Shown here one piece after another: positions 9,497 to 19,149 of a stretch of 53,870 nt of DNA. This DNA comes from a virus. Taxonomy: Duplodnaviria > Caudoviricetes. The position numbers were made by a program, and so were the translations under genes. Each line of letters starts with the position of its first letter. Positions within the stretch are counted from its first letter, which is position 1. The notes beneath the pieces are model-generated. The model was not told the DNA's origin. It made no database searches and saw nothing but the letters and a program-made list of their open reading frames with translations. The stretch is taken from positions 1 through 53,870 of IMG/VR virus record IMGVR_UViG_3300043119_000046; one strand, 5' to 3'.

Positions 9497-10342
9497 ATGG
9501 CTATTACTCAAGTTTACGTAGACCCTAACTCTTCCAATCGGCGTAACCGTCAGCGTATTGCTGATGCAGAGCAGGAACTGAACGACATGATGCAGGGTAA
9601 AGAACCTGCAGAAGAGGAACCTGTAAAACCTGCTGTAGAGGTTGAGGCAGAACCTACAGACCCAGAAGAGCGTTCCTTCAAGAAACGTTATGGTGATCTT
9701 CGTCGTCATATGTCTGAGAAGGAGAAGGAGTGGGAGAAGAAGTTAGAGTCGCTAAAAGCTCAGCCCACGAACCAGACGATCCTTCCTCCTAAATCTGATG
9801 AGGATATTGCAGAGTGGTCACGTAAGTATCCTGATGTAGCTTCCATCGTGGAGACTATCGCAGAGAAGAAGGCCAATGAGAAGCTCTCTAAGTATGAACG
9901 TCAGTTCACTGAGTATGAACAACTAACCACTGAGACTGCTCGTAACAAAGCACTGAATGCAATCCGTGAGAGTCACCCTGACTTTGATGATCTGCGTAAA
10001 TCTGATGCTTTCCACAACTGGGCAGATGAACAACCTAAGTGGGTACAGGATGTACTCTATGAGAATGAAGAAGATGCTCGTGCAGTTGTGCGTGTCATTG
10101 ACCTCTATAAAGTAGACAAGGGTTTGAATCCTGCTGCAAAGAAGGCCAGCGCTAAGGAAGCTGCTTCTTCTGTCAAGACAAAGAATACCAATGGTGTTGA
10201 TCTTGATGGTGGCACTGACACTATCCGTGAGTCTGAGGTAGCCAAGATGAACATGGACACCTTCGCTAAGATGGAGAAGCGTATTCAAGCTGCAATGCAG
10301 GCTGGTACATTTGTCTATGATATGACTGGCGGCGCAAGATAA
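9497..10342 (+). CDS. capsid scaffolding protein
   Basis: Acidic coiled-coil, FKKRYGDLRRH and HPDF motifs, immediately upstream of MCP. Confidence 0.75.
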   Translation: MAITQVYVDPNSSNRRNRQRIADAEQELNDMMQGKEPAEEEPVKPAVEVEAEPTDPEERSFKKRYGDLRRHMSEKEKEWEKKLESLKAQPTNQTILPPKSDEDIAEWSRKYPDVASIVETIAEKKANEKLSKYERQFTEYEQLTTETARNKALNAIRESHPDFDDLRKSDAFHNWADEQPKWVQDVLYENEEDARAVVRVIDLYKVDKGLNPAAKKASAKEAASSVKTKNTNGVDLDGGTDTIRESEVAKMNMDTFAKMEKRIQAAMQAGTFVYDMTGGAR

Positions 10343-10345
10343 TCC

Positions 10346-10373
10346 TTGACATCTAAGACAAACTTCGTATAAC
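10346..10373 (+). promoter_or_regulatory. sigma70-type promoter for the capsid operon
   Basis: TTGACA-16-TATAAC. Confidence 0.65.
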
Positions 10374-10376
10374 TAG

Positions 10377-10535
10377 AGCAAGTAGCATCGGCCTCTCCCT
10401 GTAGACACCCTAAGCTACTTGCTTCCCCCCAAGTCTAAACTATAAATAAGACCCACCTGACAAGTACAGGCCCGTCTCTCAATGGTAGATCAACCTAAAG
10501 AGAAGATGCACCCTAGGAAAGACTCAGCCTCTTAT
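10377..10535 (+). promoter_or_regulatory. structured 5' leader of the major capsid gene
   Basis: Stems AGCAAGTAGC/GCTACTTGCT, ATAAGA/TCTTAT, CTGA/TCAG and CGTCT/AGATG with repeated internal loops. Confidence 0.6.
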
Positions 10536-10584
10536 AGCTCTGTTTAGCTTCTTATCAAAGCCAAATATCATAGGAGTATTTCTC

Positions 10585-11658
10585 ATGGCTTTCCCAGTCT
10601 CTAATAACTATGGCAACTTGCCTAATGGTAACTTCTCTTCGGTTATCTATTCTAAGAAAGTCCAACTTGCTTTCCGTAAGGCAACCATTGTTGGCGACAT
10701 TACCAATTCTGATTACTTCGGTGAGATCGCTGCTCAGGGTGACACCGTGCGTATCATCAAAGAGCCAGAGATTTCTGTCTCGTCTTATACCCGTGGTACT
10801 CAGGTACAGGCACAAGACCTGCAGGATGCTGACTTCTCGTTGGTGATCGACAAAGCTAACTACTTTGCATTCAAGATCGACGACATTGAAGAAGCTCACT
10901 CGCATGTCAACTTCATGGACTTGGCTACCAACCGTGCGGCTTACCGTTTGGCTGACCAGCATGACCAAGAAGTTCTGGGCTACCTGTCGGGCTACAAGCA
11001 GTCGGCTCTTCACGCGAATGCTGCTGCTGTCAATGATCAAGTGAACGGCACTAAGGCTATCACGACTGCTGGTTCTGACGAACTGTTGACCACGATGAAG
11101 CTCCGCAAGGACAGCTTCGGCAACATCACGACTTCAGGTAAAGCTGACCACTCGATTCCTGTGGCTGCTCGTCTGCCCGGTGCTACTGCTCTGCCTACTG
11201 AGTATGTGTCGCCTGTCATGCTGATCAACCGTATGGGTCGTCTGCTGGACCAACAGAATGTTGACAAGGCTGGTCGTTGGATCGTGATTGATCCAGTGCT
11301 GATGGAAGTCCTGATGGATGAAGACTCGCGTTTCCTGAATGCTGACTACGGTGATTCGGGCGCACTGCGTAACGGTCTGGCTCTGTCGAACTGGAACGGC
11401 TTCCGTGTGTATGTCTCGAACAACCTGCCTTCGGTTGGTACGGGTGCTGGTACGACTGGTGTTGCAAACCAGAATGCTAACTACGGTGTGATCGTTGCTG
11501 GACATGACTCGGCTGTTGCTACCGCTGAGCAGATCAACAAGACCGAAACCTACCGTGACCAAGACTCGTTCGCGGACATCATCCGTGGTATGCACTTGTA
11601 TGGTCGTAAGATTCTACGTCCAGAAGCTATTGCCACAGCAAAGTACAACCTAGCCTAG
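10585..11658 (+). CDS. major capsid protein
   Basis: GDTVRIIKEP, YFAFKIDDIE and FADIIRGMHLYGRKILRPE motifs; AGGAG RBS; strong codon bias. Confidence 0.92.
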   Translation: MAFPVSNNYGNLPNGNFSSVIYSKKVQLAFRKATIVGDITNSDYFGEIAAQGDTVRIIKEPEISVSSYTRGTQVQAQDLQDADFSLVIDKANYFAFKIDDIEEAHSHVNFMDLATNRAAYRLADQHDQEVLGYLSGYKQSALHANAAAVNDQVNGTKAITTAGSDELLTTMKLRKDSFGNITTSGKADHSIPVAARLPGATALPTEYVSPVMLINRMGRLLDQQNVDKAGRWIVIDPVLMEVLMDEDSRFLNADYGDSGALRNGLALSNWNGFRVYVSNNLPSVGTGAGTTGVANQNANYGVIVAGHDSAVATAEQINKTETYRDQDSFADIIRGMHLYGRKILRPEAIATAKYNLA

Positions 11659-11734
11659 TAAGTGGTTGATTCTAAAGAGTATCCCTTCGGGGTTACTCAC
11701 TAACTCCGCCATATATCTAGGAAAGGATTATAAA

Positions 11735-12142
11735 ATGGCTCTCTCGCAATCCCTCCGTAACCGTGCTGTGCTTGTCGAAAAGTACGTGACGCTGGCTACT
11801 GCTTCTGGTACTGTTGTCGGTCCTACTGTTCAGGCTGGCACTGTTGTTCTGTCTGCTGGTGTAGAAGTTCTGACGGCAGTCCCTACTGTAACCACCTACA
11901 CGGTTGCTGCTTCGGACGGCACGACGACCTTCATGGCTGCTACTTCGATTAGTGCTGCTGCTGCTAACACGATCAAGGCTGGCGTTACCCCCGGCTTTAT
12001 CGCTGCTGCTGACACTGTTGACGCTGTGCTGGTTATCTCAGGTACTCCGGGCGCTATCCCTGCTCGTATCTGGGCTGTCATTGTCAATGTTGATGACTCG
12101 GTATTCCCTGCCGCAGAAGTTGACCGCGACACTCTGGCTTAA
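11735..12142 (+). CDS. putative capsid decoration/minor capsid protein
   Basis: 135 aa, A/T/V-rich, follows MCP with the same codon bias; AAGGA RBS. Confidence 0.6.
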   Translation: MALSQSLRNRAVLVEKYVTLATASGTVVGPTVQAGTVVLSAGVEVLTAVPTVTTYTVAASDGTTTFMAATSISAAAANTIKAGVTPGFIAAADTVDAVLVISGTPGAIPARIWAVIVNVDDSVFPAAEVDRDTLA

Positions 12143-12160
12143 TTAGCTTAGGCTAACAAG

Positions 12161-12188
12161 GAGTATCCCTTAACGGGGGTACTCTTTT
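12161..12188 (+). terminator. intrinsic terminator
   Basis: GAGTATCCCT-TAAC-GGGGGTACTC followed by TTTT. Confidence 0.75.
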
Positions 12189-12221
12189 AACTTTCTGATA
12201 ACCCCTGAGGGAATATAAGTA

Positions 12222-12914
12222 ATGTCTGCATATAATTTCCTAGGTTTAGTCAACGATGTGAATCGTCGTGCTAATGAAGTAGAACTAACTTCTGCCACAT
12301 TTGCAAATGCGTTAGGTTTCTACACAGCGGTTAAGGATGGGGTTAATGCTGCCATCTATGACATCAACCAGCAACAGTTTGAGTGGCCCTTTAACCATGT
12401 TAAAAAGAGTGAAGCACTCGTAGCTGGTACAGTGCGTTACAATATCCCAAGTGACGCCAAGACCCTTGACATGGATTCCTTTCGTATTGCACGGGATGAT
12501 GCACTGGGTAACGAGACGAAGAAACTTGAGATTATCTCTTACGAAGAGTACCTTGACAAATACCTAGACTACGAGTACAATACTGCAACAGGTGTTCGTA
12601 CTCTGCCACGCTTTGTATTCCGTACACCCTCACTTGAATATGGTGTTGTACCTTCTCCTGACAAAGCGTATCCCATTAAGTATGAGTATTACCGTTCAAT
12701 AACTCCTCTTGACCTATACTCTGATGTGCCAAGTGTCCCGCAAGATTTTCGTCATATTATTGTAGAGGGTGCAATGGTCTATGCCTCTGCTTTCCTTGCT
12801 GATAATGAAAGCTCTCAGCTTAGCCAGAGGAAGTTTGATGATGGTATCAAAGCTATGAGGACTCTGTACATTAACCGTTATGAGTACATCCGCTCGACAG
12901 TAAGGACTAGGTAA
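12222..12914 (+). CDS. tail adaptor (tail tubular protein A-like)
   Basis: Size and position; WPF and P.PDKAY motifs. Confidence 0.7.
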   Translation: MSAYNFLGLVNDVNRRANEVELTSATFANALGFYTAVKDGVNAAIYDINQQQFEWPFNHVKKSEALVAGTVRYNIPSDAKTLDMDSFRIARDDALGNETKKLEIISYEEYLDKYLDYEYNTATGVRTLPRFVFRTPSLEYGVVPSPDKAYPIKYEYYRSITPLDLYSDVPSVPQDFRHIIVEGAMVYASAFLADNESSQLSQRKFDDGIKAMRTLYINRYEYIRSTVRTR

Positions 12915-14452
12915 TGCCTTCACAGTGGCAAACATTCCCAATCGAGTTTGGTGGTGGCCTGATCTCTAATATGAGTGCGCTACAGCAGGGTCTTCAGAAG
13001 GTAGGATCAGCAACCTTCCTGCAGAACTTTGAGCCTTCCAAAGAGGGTGGCTACAAGAAGGTCTTGGGCTACGCAAAGTTTAGCTCTACGGTATTGGCTG
13101 GATCAGGTCCAGTGCTTGGTGTCAAGGTCTTGAACGAGACACAAGTTGTAGCAGTTCGTAAGAATGCCAGTAACCTCTCCCAGTATTATGTTAGTAGTGG
13201 TGCAGCATGGACTTCCTTAGGCACTGCAGCTTTGCTTGGTGGTCGTGTTCAGTCTGTATCCTATAACTTCAATGGTAATGATAAAGTGTTCTTTGTAGAT
13301 GGGGTGAATCATCCTGCTGTCTACAACGTCACTGCGAACACTATGAGCTTTACTACTATCAGTGCAGACTTGTTAGGTGCAGAAAGAGTTGCCCTCTTTA
13401 AGAACTCCATCTTTTGTGCTAAGGGTTCATTTCTTTATTTCTCTGCCCCATACCTTGATACAAACTTCAGTTCAGCTTCTGGTGGTGGTGTTATCAATGT
13501 GGGACAAACCATTGTTGGGCTGATTGTATTTCGTGATCAGCTTATTATCTTTACCAAGAATAAAATTAGACGCCTTGTTGGTAGCAGTGTAGCAGACTTC
13601 CAGCTTGTACCTATTACAGATGATATTGGTTGTTTGCACGGCGAGACTATTCAGGAAGTCGGCGGTGACGTTATGTTCATGGCTGCAGATGGCTTACGCC
13701 TACTCAGTGCGACTGAACGTATTGGTGACTTTGGTTTAGGTGTTGCTTCTTTCCCAATCAACAAGGATGCGATATCCTTTGTTAATAGCACCGAGGTCTT
13801 TACAAGCCTTGTGATCAGAGAGAAAGCTCAATACAGAGTATTCGCATACAGCCCATCTGTAAACGTAGATAACTCAAAGGGTCTTATTGGTACACAATTC
13901 TCTGATCAAGGTTCAGCTAATGTCAACTGGGCTACTCTTAGTGGCTTTAAGGTCTACGCTGCTGACAGTCGATATGTGGCTGGTGGAGAGTTTATTGTCT
14001 TCGCTAATGACACAGGTTATGTATATCGCATGGAGTTTGGTTCAAGCAGGGATGGGTCAACTATTGAGGCAAAGTATCGCTCGCCCTTTATGCCCATTGA
14101 TGATCCACAAATACGTAAGACCTTCTATAAGTTATCTTTGTATACAGAAGTTAATGGTATCTTCGAGGTTGACGTAAACCTCGACTTTGATATCTATGAG
14201 ATTTCTAACTACAATAAGAAATATGGTAATACGATACTGCTTGCTAGTTCTGGTACTGGTGTAACTATCTATGGAAGTACTTCCGCTATCTTTGGGACAT
14301 CTACCTACGGCGGTGTACTAGATGACGTGTATAATACAAATGTTGTGGGCAGTGGTAAAACTGTCTCTTTGCGCATTGAAGACAACTCAATGAATCCCTC
14401 ATTCAGCCTAGATACTGCTGTACTTGAGTATAAAGTAAACGGAAGAAAGTAG
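12914..14452 (+). CDS. tail nozzle/stabilisation protein (tail tubular protein B-like)
   Basis: Beta-propeller-like, GC...TIQE.GGD..F.A.DG.R motif, position. Confidence 0.72.
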   Translation: MPSQWQTFPIEFGGGLISNMSALQQGLQKVGSATFLQNFEPSKEGGYKKVLGYAKFSSTVLAGSGPVLGVKVLNETQVVAVRKNASNLSQYYVSSGAAWTSLGTAALLGGRVQSVSYNFNGNDKVFFVDGVNHPAVYNVTANTMSFTTISADLLGAERVALFKNSIFCAKGSFLYFSAPYLDTNFSSASGGGVINVGQTIVGLIVFRDQLIIFTKNKIRRLVGSSVADFQLVPITDDIGCLHGETIQEVGGDVMFMAADGLRLLSATERIGDFGLGVASFPINKDAISFVNSTEVFTSLVIREKAQYRVFAYSPSVNVDNSKGLIGTQFSDQGSANVNWATLSGFKVYAADSRYVAGGEFIVFANDTGYVYRMEFGSSRDGSTIEAKYRSPFMPIDDPQIRKTFYKLSLYTEVNGIFEVDVNLDFDIYEISNYNKKYGNTILLASSGTGVTIYGSTSAIFGTSTYGGVLDDVYNTNVVGSGKTVSLRIEDNSMNPSFSLDTAVLEYKVNGRK

Positions 14453-14456
14453 AGAC

Positions 14457-16412
14457 ATGACTGGATATATTCGTCAGGATACCTCAAACAACATCTCTAA
14501 CGGAAGTGTTATCAACGCTGATGACTTTGACAATGAGTTTGATGCTATTGAGGATGCGTTTAACGCTAGTGCTGGGCATGTCCATGATGGAACCTCTGGC
14601 AACGGCTCACCTATCCTTGTTGTAGGTCCAGCACAGGACGTTGTTATCAGTACCACAAGCGTGTTGCCAAAGACTGACAACGTGATAGACCTAGGTAGTT
14701 CCACCAAAGAGTATAAAGACTTGTGGATTGATGGTGTAGCTAACATTGACTCTCTCGTTGCTGATACTGCTGATATCAATGCTGGCACTATTGATGCTAC
14801 TGTCATTGGCGCTACTACTCCTGCTGCTGGTAGCTTCACTACGGTGAATGCCTCAGGCACTATCACTGGCGCTCTGACTGGTAACGCCACAACTGCCACT
14901 ACTCTGGCTACTGCACGTACAATCGCCTTGAGTGGTGATGTCGCAGGTTCTGTATCCTTTGATGGTTCAGCAAACGTAACGATCACCACGACTGTTCAGG
15001 CTGACTCAGTAGCACTGGGTAATGACACTACGGGCAACTATGTAGCTGGTGTTAGCGGTACGGCTAATCAGATCACTGTAACCTCTGGTACTGGTGAGGG
15101 TGTTAGCCCTGTGCTAAGCCTGCCTGCTACCATTGTGGTTCCGGGTACGCTTACGGTCACTGGTGCAGCAACAATCACTAGCGGGTCTATCACAGGGATC
15201 ACAGACTTAGCTGTAGCTGATGGTGGTACTGGAGCTTCTGATGCTGCTACTGCACGAACCAACCTTGGTCTTGGAACTATTGCCACCCAAGCTGCTTCTT
15301 CTGTAACTATTACAGGGGGTACAATCTCTGGTATCGCAGACTTAGCTGTAGCTGATGGTGGTACTGGAGCTTCTACCCTAACAGGTTACGTTAAGGGTGC
15401 TGGCACGACTGCACTAACTGCATCTGCAACAATCCCTAATACAGACATCACTGGCCTAGGCACAATGTCTACTCAGGCAGCAGCCTCTGTAACTATCACA
15501 GGTGGTTCTATCACAGGTATTACTGACTTAGCTGTAGCCGATGGTGGTACTGGGGCTTCTGACGCAGCTACTGCAAGGACTAACCTTGGTCTAGGTTCTA
15601 TTGCCACTCAAGCTGCTTCTTCTGTAACTATCACTGGTGGGTCTGTCACAGGTATTACTGACCTTGCTGTAGCCGATGGTGGTACTGGTGCTTCTACTGC
15701 TGCTGGTGCTTTGACTAACTTAGGGTTAACTGCTACGGCGGCTGAGCTTAACTACAGTGTGGGTGTCACCAGCGCAATTCAGACGCAGCTTGACGGCAAG
15801 CAGGCAACGGACGCTACGCTGACGGCTTTGTCTGGGCTGGACACCATTGCTGGCGGCGTGTTCCAGACTGGCACTGACACGTTTACCAAGCGCACGCTTG
15901 CAGGCACGGCAAACCAAATCACCGTGACCAATGGTGACGGTGTGGCTGGAGCGCCGACTATTGCCGCCGTTGTTGCATCGCAAGCGGAGGCAGAAGCAGG
16001 CACTGACAGCACGAAGCTGATGACGCCGCTGCTTTTGCGCAATGCGCTGAACGCAACTGGATCGGCCCCTGTTTATGGCGCTAGGGCGTGGGCGAACTTT
16101 GATGCTAGAAATCTTTTTACAGGATCATCAGCCCCAATCCGAGCATCTGGAAATATAGCAAGTATCGTAGACGCAGGTTCAAATATTTGGACGGTGAACT
16201 TTATAACCCCTATGCCAAATGCGAATTACGTTGTTATTGGAGGGGGAACTAACACTTCGGGGGAGCAACCTATTGTCGTAAGCACATTAATAAATGGTCC
16301 AAGTGGTCCATATACCTCTAAGACCACTACCTCTGTTAGAATTCAAACATCTGACACAGACACAAGTAGTAATCAAGACGCTTGGGATTGTAACATTGTA
16401 ATCTTTGGGTAA
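14457..16412 (+). CDS. tail fibre protein
   Basis: MTGYIRQ...FDNEFDAI N-terminal anchor, DGGTGAS repeats, RAWANFD C-terminal domain. Confidence 0.85.
   Translation: MTGYIRQDTSNNISNGSVINADDFDNEFDAIEDAFNASAGHVHDGTSGNGSPILVVGPAQDVVISTTSVLPKTDNVIDLGSSTKEYKDLWIDGVANIDSLVADTADINAGTIDATVIGATTPAAGSFTTVNASGTITGALTGNATTATTLATARTIALSGDVAGSVSFDGSANVTITTTVQADSVALGNDTTGNYVAGVSGTANQITVTSGTGEGVSPVLSLPATIVVPGTLTVTGAATITSGSITGITDLAVADGGTGASDAATARTNLGLGTIATQAASSVTITGGTISGIADLAVADGGTGASTLTGYVKGAGTTALTASATIPNTDITGLGTMSTQAAASVTITGGSITGITDLAVADGGTGASDAATARTNLGLGSIATQAASSVTITGGSVTGITDLAVADGGTGASTAAGALTNLGLTATAAELNYSVGVTSAIQTQLDGKQATDATLTALSGLDTIAGGVFQTGTDTFTKRTLAGTANQITVTNGDGVAGAPTIAAVVASQAEAEAGTDSTKLMTPLLLRNALNATGSAPVYGARAWANFDARNLFTGSSAPIRASGNIASIVDAGSNIWTVNFITPMPNANYVVIGGGTNTSGEQPIVVSTLINGPSGPYTSKTTTSVRIQTSDTDTSSNQDAWDCNIVIFG
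15174..15696 (+). repeat. four intragenic ITG(I/V)xDLAVADGGTGAS repeats
   Basis: GAC(T/C)T(A/T)GCTGTAGC(T/C)GATGGTGGTACTGG starting at 15204, 15339, 15525 and 15660. Confidence 0.9.
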
Positions 16413-16505
16413 AGAAAGTTTATGATGGAATACAATCCAGTGCCTAGATTAAGGAAAGACGATGGACGTAATGGCGTTTCTGGCCCACACTAAACCATAA
16501 AGAGG

Positions 16506-16534
16506 TTGCATAAACTTCCCTCTTAGTATAATAT
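16506..16534 (+). promoter_or_regulatory. probable promoter for internal virion protein genes
   Basis: TTGCAT followed by overlapping TATAAT/TAATAT (15/17-bp spacer). Confidence 0.5.
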
Positions 16535-16558
16535 AGAACAAACTTCTGGAGAGATACC

Positions 16559-18439
16559 TTGGACTTTACACCCCAACAGCAACACAGCTTGCTAACTCAG
16601 ATGGGCTACAACGGTCCAACAGACTCTAAGATGATGGAAGCATTCCTATCGTCCAACCCCGGTGCTGCTGCCCGTATAGGTAAGTTCAGCCGTGTCGTTA
16701 AGCAACGCGCAGGTATGGCTAAGGGTGGCACTGTCACTAAGCCAATCACAACTACTCAACCTGTAACACCGCCTGTGACCCCCCCAGTTACTACTCCCCC
16801 AGAACCTTCTGATGGGAACAAGCTCACTGAAGCTATCATCCAGAACCCTGCAGACCTTCTTGTGAAGCCTGAGGTAGCTAAGATAGAGGTTACCCCAGAC
16901 ACCCTACTTGACCCCACTGCAAGCCAAGTTGAGGCTGCACCTGTTGTAGACACTTCTACTATCACTGATGTTGGTCAGACTCAAGCACCTGTGAAGACAC
17001 CAGCAAGCCTGATTGAGTCAGTCACTATGGCAACCCCTGAGGTAAAAGCCGAGACAGATAAGCTCAAGGCTGTCACTGGCACTGTGTCTGAGGCTGCTCA
17101 AACTACTGCTGCTCAACAGACTGAAAGCTCCTTAGCTAACCTAAAGGCTGAGCAGGGTACTGGTATCCTGATGAACAACCCAGTGCAGCGTAAGGTAGAA
17201 GAAGGGGAGTTAATCTCTGGCTCTACTGTAGACGCCTCTAGGGTGAATGCACTAACTGAAAGCATCCAAGCAGCAGAGGCTACTCCCACTAAGCAGGCTA
17301 CTGTGCAGGGTCAGCTTGAGGGCTTGATGCAACAGTTCGAGGGTGGCAATACACCAGCATGGGCTGCAGGGGCTATGAGGGCTGCTAATGCCACTCTTGC
17401 TGCTCGTGGTCTTGGTGCATCCTCCTTGGCTGGACAGGCTGTCATTCAGGCTGCTATGGAGTCTGCTCTACCTATTGCTCAGGCTGATGCTAACACTCGC
17501 GCACAGTTCGAGTCACAGAACCTATCCAACAGACAGGCTACTGCAATCTTCTCTGCTCAACAACGCGCAGCCTTTCTGGGACAAGAGTTTGACCAGAACT
17601 TCCAGAGCCGTGTTCTGAACGCAGCTAAGGTTGCAGACATTGCTAACATGAACTTCACCGCAGAACAGAACATTGCGATGGAGAACAGCCGTATTGTCAA
17701 CACGGTTAACTTAGAGAACCTCAACAACCGTCAGTCGATGGTTATGGCTCAAGCTGCTGCTCTGGCTAATATGGATACTGCAAACCTGAATAATCGTCAA
17801 CAGGCTGCTGTACAGAATGCTCAGGCTTTCCTGCAGATGGACTTGACCAATGTGAATAACACACAGCAGACAGAGATGTTCCGCACTCAATCTAATATTC
17901 AGGCATTGTTGACTGATCAGGCTGCACAGAATGCTGCACAACAGTTTAATGCTGCGAGTGAGAACCAGACGAACCAGTTCTTTGCAGACTTGACAAGCAG
18001 AGCAAATCAGTTTAATGTAGAGCAAACCAATGCCATCAAGCAGTTCAATGCTGGTGAGACTAATGCTGCTGAGAAGTTTAATGCTCAACTCAAGGCACAG
18101 CGTGATCAATTCAATGCTACTAACTCTCTGGTAGTTGCACAAGCTAATGCTCAGTGGAGACAGAATACTTCCACGCTGAACACTGCTGCACAGAATGATG
18201 CTAACATGACTAACGCAGCAGCATCAAATGTCCTTACTGGTAAAGCCCTTGATCAAATCTGGCAGAACGAGCGTGATGTTATGGCCTTTGCTTTCACTGC
18301 ACTAGAGTCTAGCAAGGACCGTGCAGCAGACCTTATGCTTGCTGACAAGAGGGATGACCTTGTGAAGCTCCAAGCTAACCAAGCCGAAGAGTCCGCTAAG
18401 TTTGCAGTCTTGACTAAACTTATCTTCGGGGGTTTCTAA
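16559..18439 (+). CDS. internal virion (ejection) protein
   Basis: TTG start after GGAG; long N/Q/A-rich helical region (QFNA repeats). Confidence 0.65.
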   Translation: MDFTPQQQHSLLTQMGYNGPTDSKMMEAFLSSNPGAAARIGKFSRVVKQRAGMAKGGTVTKPITTTQPVTPPVTPPVTTPPEPSDGNKLTEAIIQNPADLLVKPEVAKIEVTPDTLLDPTASQVEAAPVVDTSTITDVGQTQAPVKTPASLIESVTMATPEVKAETDKLKAVTGTVSEAAQTTAAQQTESSLANLKAEQGTGILMNNPVQRKVEEGELISGSTVDASRVNALTESIQAAEATPTKQATVQGQLEGLMQQFEGGNTPAWAAGAMRAANATLAARGLGASSLAGQAVIQAAMESALPIAQADANTRAQFESQNLSNRQATAIFSAQQRAAFLGQEFDQNFQSRVLNAAKVADIANMNFTAEQNIAMENSRIVNTVNLENLNNRQSMVMAQAAALANMDTANLNNRQQAAVQNAQAFLQMDLTNVNNTQQTEMFRTQSNIQALLTDQAAQNAAQQFNAASENQTNQFFADLTSRANQFNVEQTNAIKQFNAGETNAAEKFNAQLKAQRDQFNATNSLVVAQANAQWRQNTSTLNTAAQNDANMTNAAASNVLTGKALDQIWQNERDVMAFAFTALESSKDRAADLMLADKRDDLVKLQANQAEESAKFAVLTKLIFGGF

Positions 18440-19149
18440 TGGACTACGCACAGAATTACTTGAACACCTCTAGCCTAGCAGATCGTATCCGTCAGGGTGC
18501 TGCCTCTGGGCAAGTTGCTAAGGCTGGTGGTGGTCTTGCTGCTAGAGAGAAGCGTAGGGAAGTTGCTACAGAAGAACCAGACTTTGCGGAAATCCGTGCA
18601 GAATACTTCAACAGTGTACGCGATATGTTCTCCTCTATGGAAGACTCTGAGACTCCTGCTATGGATGCGTATAAGGAAGAAAAGCTAAACTATGGATTAC
18701 CTAAGGCTACCGTCTCTGGCGGTTCTGGTGAGTTGTCTATGGGTGGCAGTGACTTCCTGAGCAGCCTGATTAAGTCTGAGTCCTCTGGTAATGCACAAGC
18801 CTTCCGCACGAACAAGGATGGTGAAACCTATGCTGGTCTGGTTCAGATTGGTAAGGCTCGTATTGCTGACTACAACAAGGCTACTGGCTCTGATGTGACT
18901 CAAGCAGACCTTCTGCAGAACTCTGGGGTTCAGGCTGAGGTTATCAACTGGCATGTGGCTGACCTACGTAAACTTGCCACCAAGCTGTCTGAGACAAGCG
19001 GTATGGATGTTAATGGCTTGATTGCTGTTGGTCACTTGGGTGGTCGTGGTGGTATGACACAGTTTGCTAACACTGCTGGCAAATATAACAAACAGGATGA
19101 GCTTGGAACAAGTCTCTCCGACTATTATTCGAGGTTCAAAAGCAAATGA
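18439..19149 (+). CDS. virion-associated lysozyme/lytic transglycosylase-like protein
   Basis: LIKSESSGN...GLVQIG (catalytic ES plus GLxQ). Confidence 0.6.
   Translation: MDYAQNYLNTSSLADRIRQGAASGQVAKAGGGLAAREKRREVATEEPDFAEIRAEYFNSVRDMFSSMEDSETPAMDAYKEEKLNYGLPKATVSGGSGELSMGGSDFLSSLIKSESSGNAQAFRTNKDGETYAGLVQIGKARIADYNKATGSDVTQADLLQNSGVQAEVINWHVADLRKLATKLSETSGMDVNGLIAVGHLGGRGGMTQFANTAGKYNKQDELGTSLSDYYSRFKSK

Noticed and set aside
14457-16412. Diversity-generating retroelement or invertible fibre cassette
   Set aside because: No reverse transcriptase, no adenine-specific TR/VR pair and no inverted duplicate tip; the repeats differ mainly at synonymous sites
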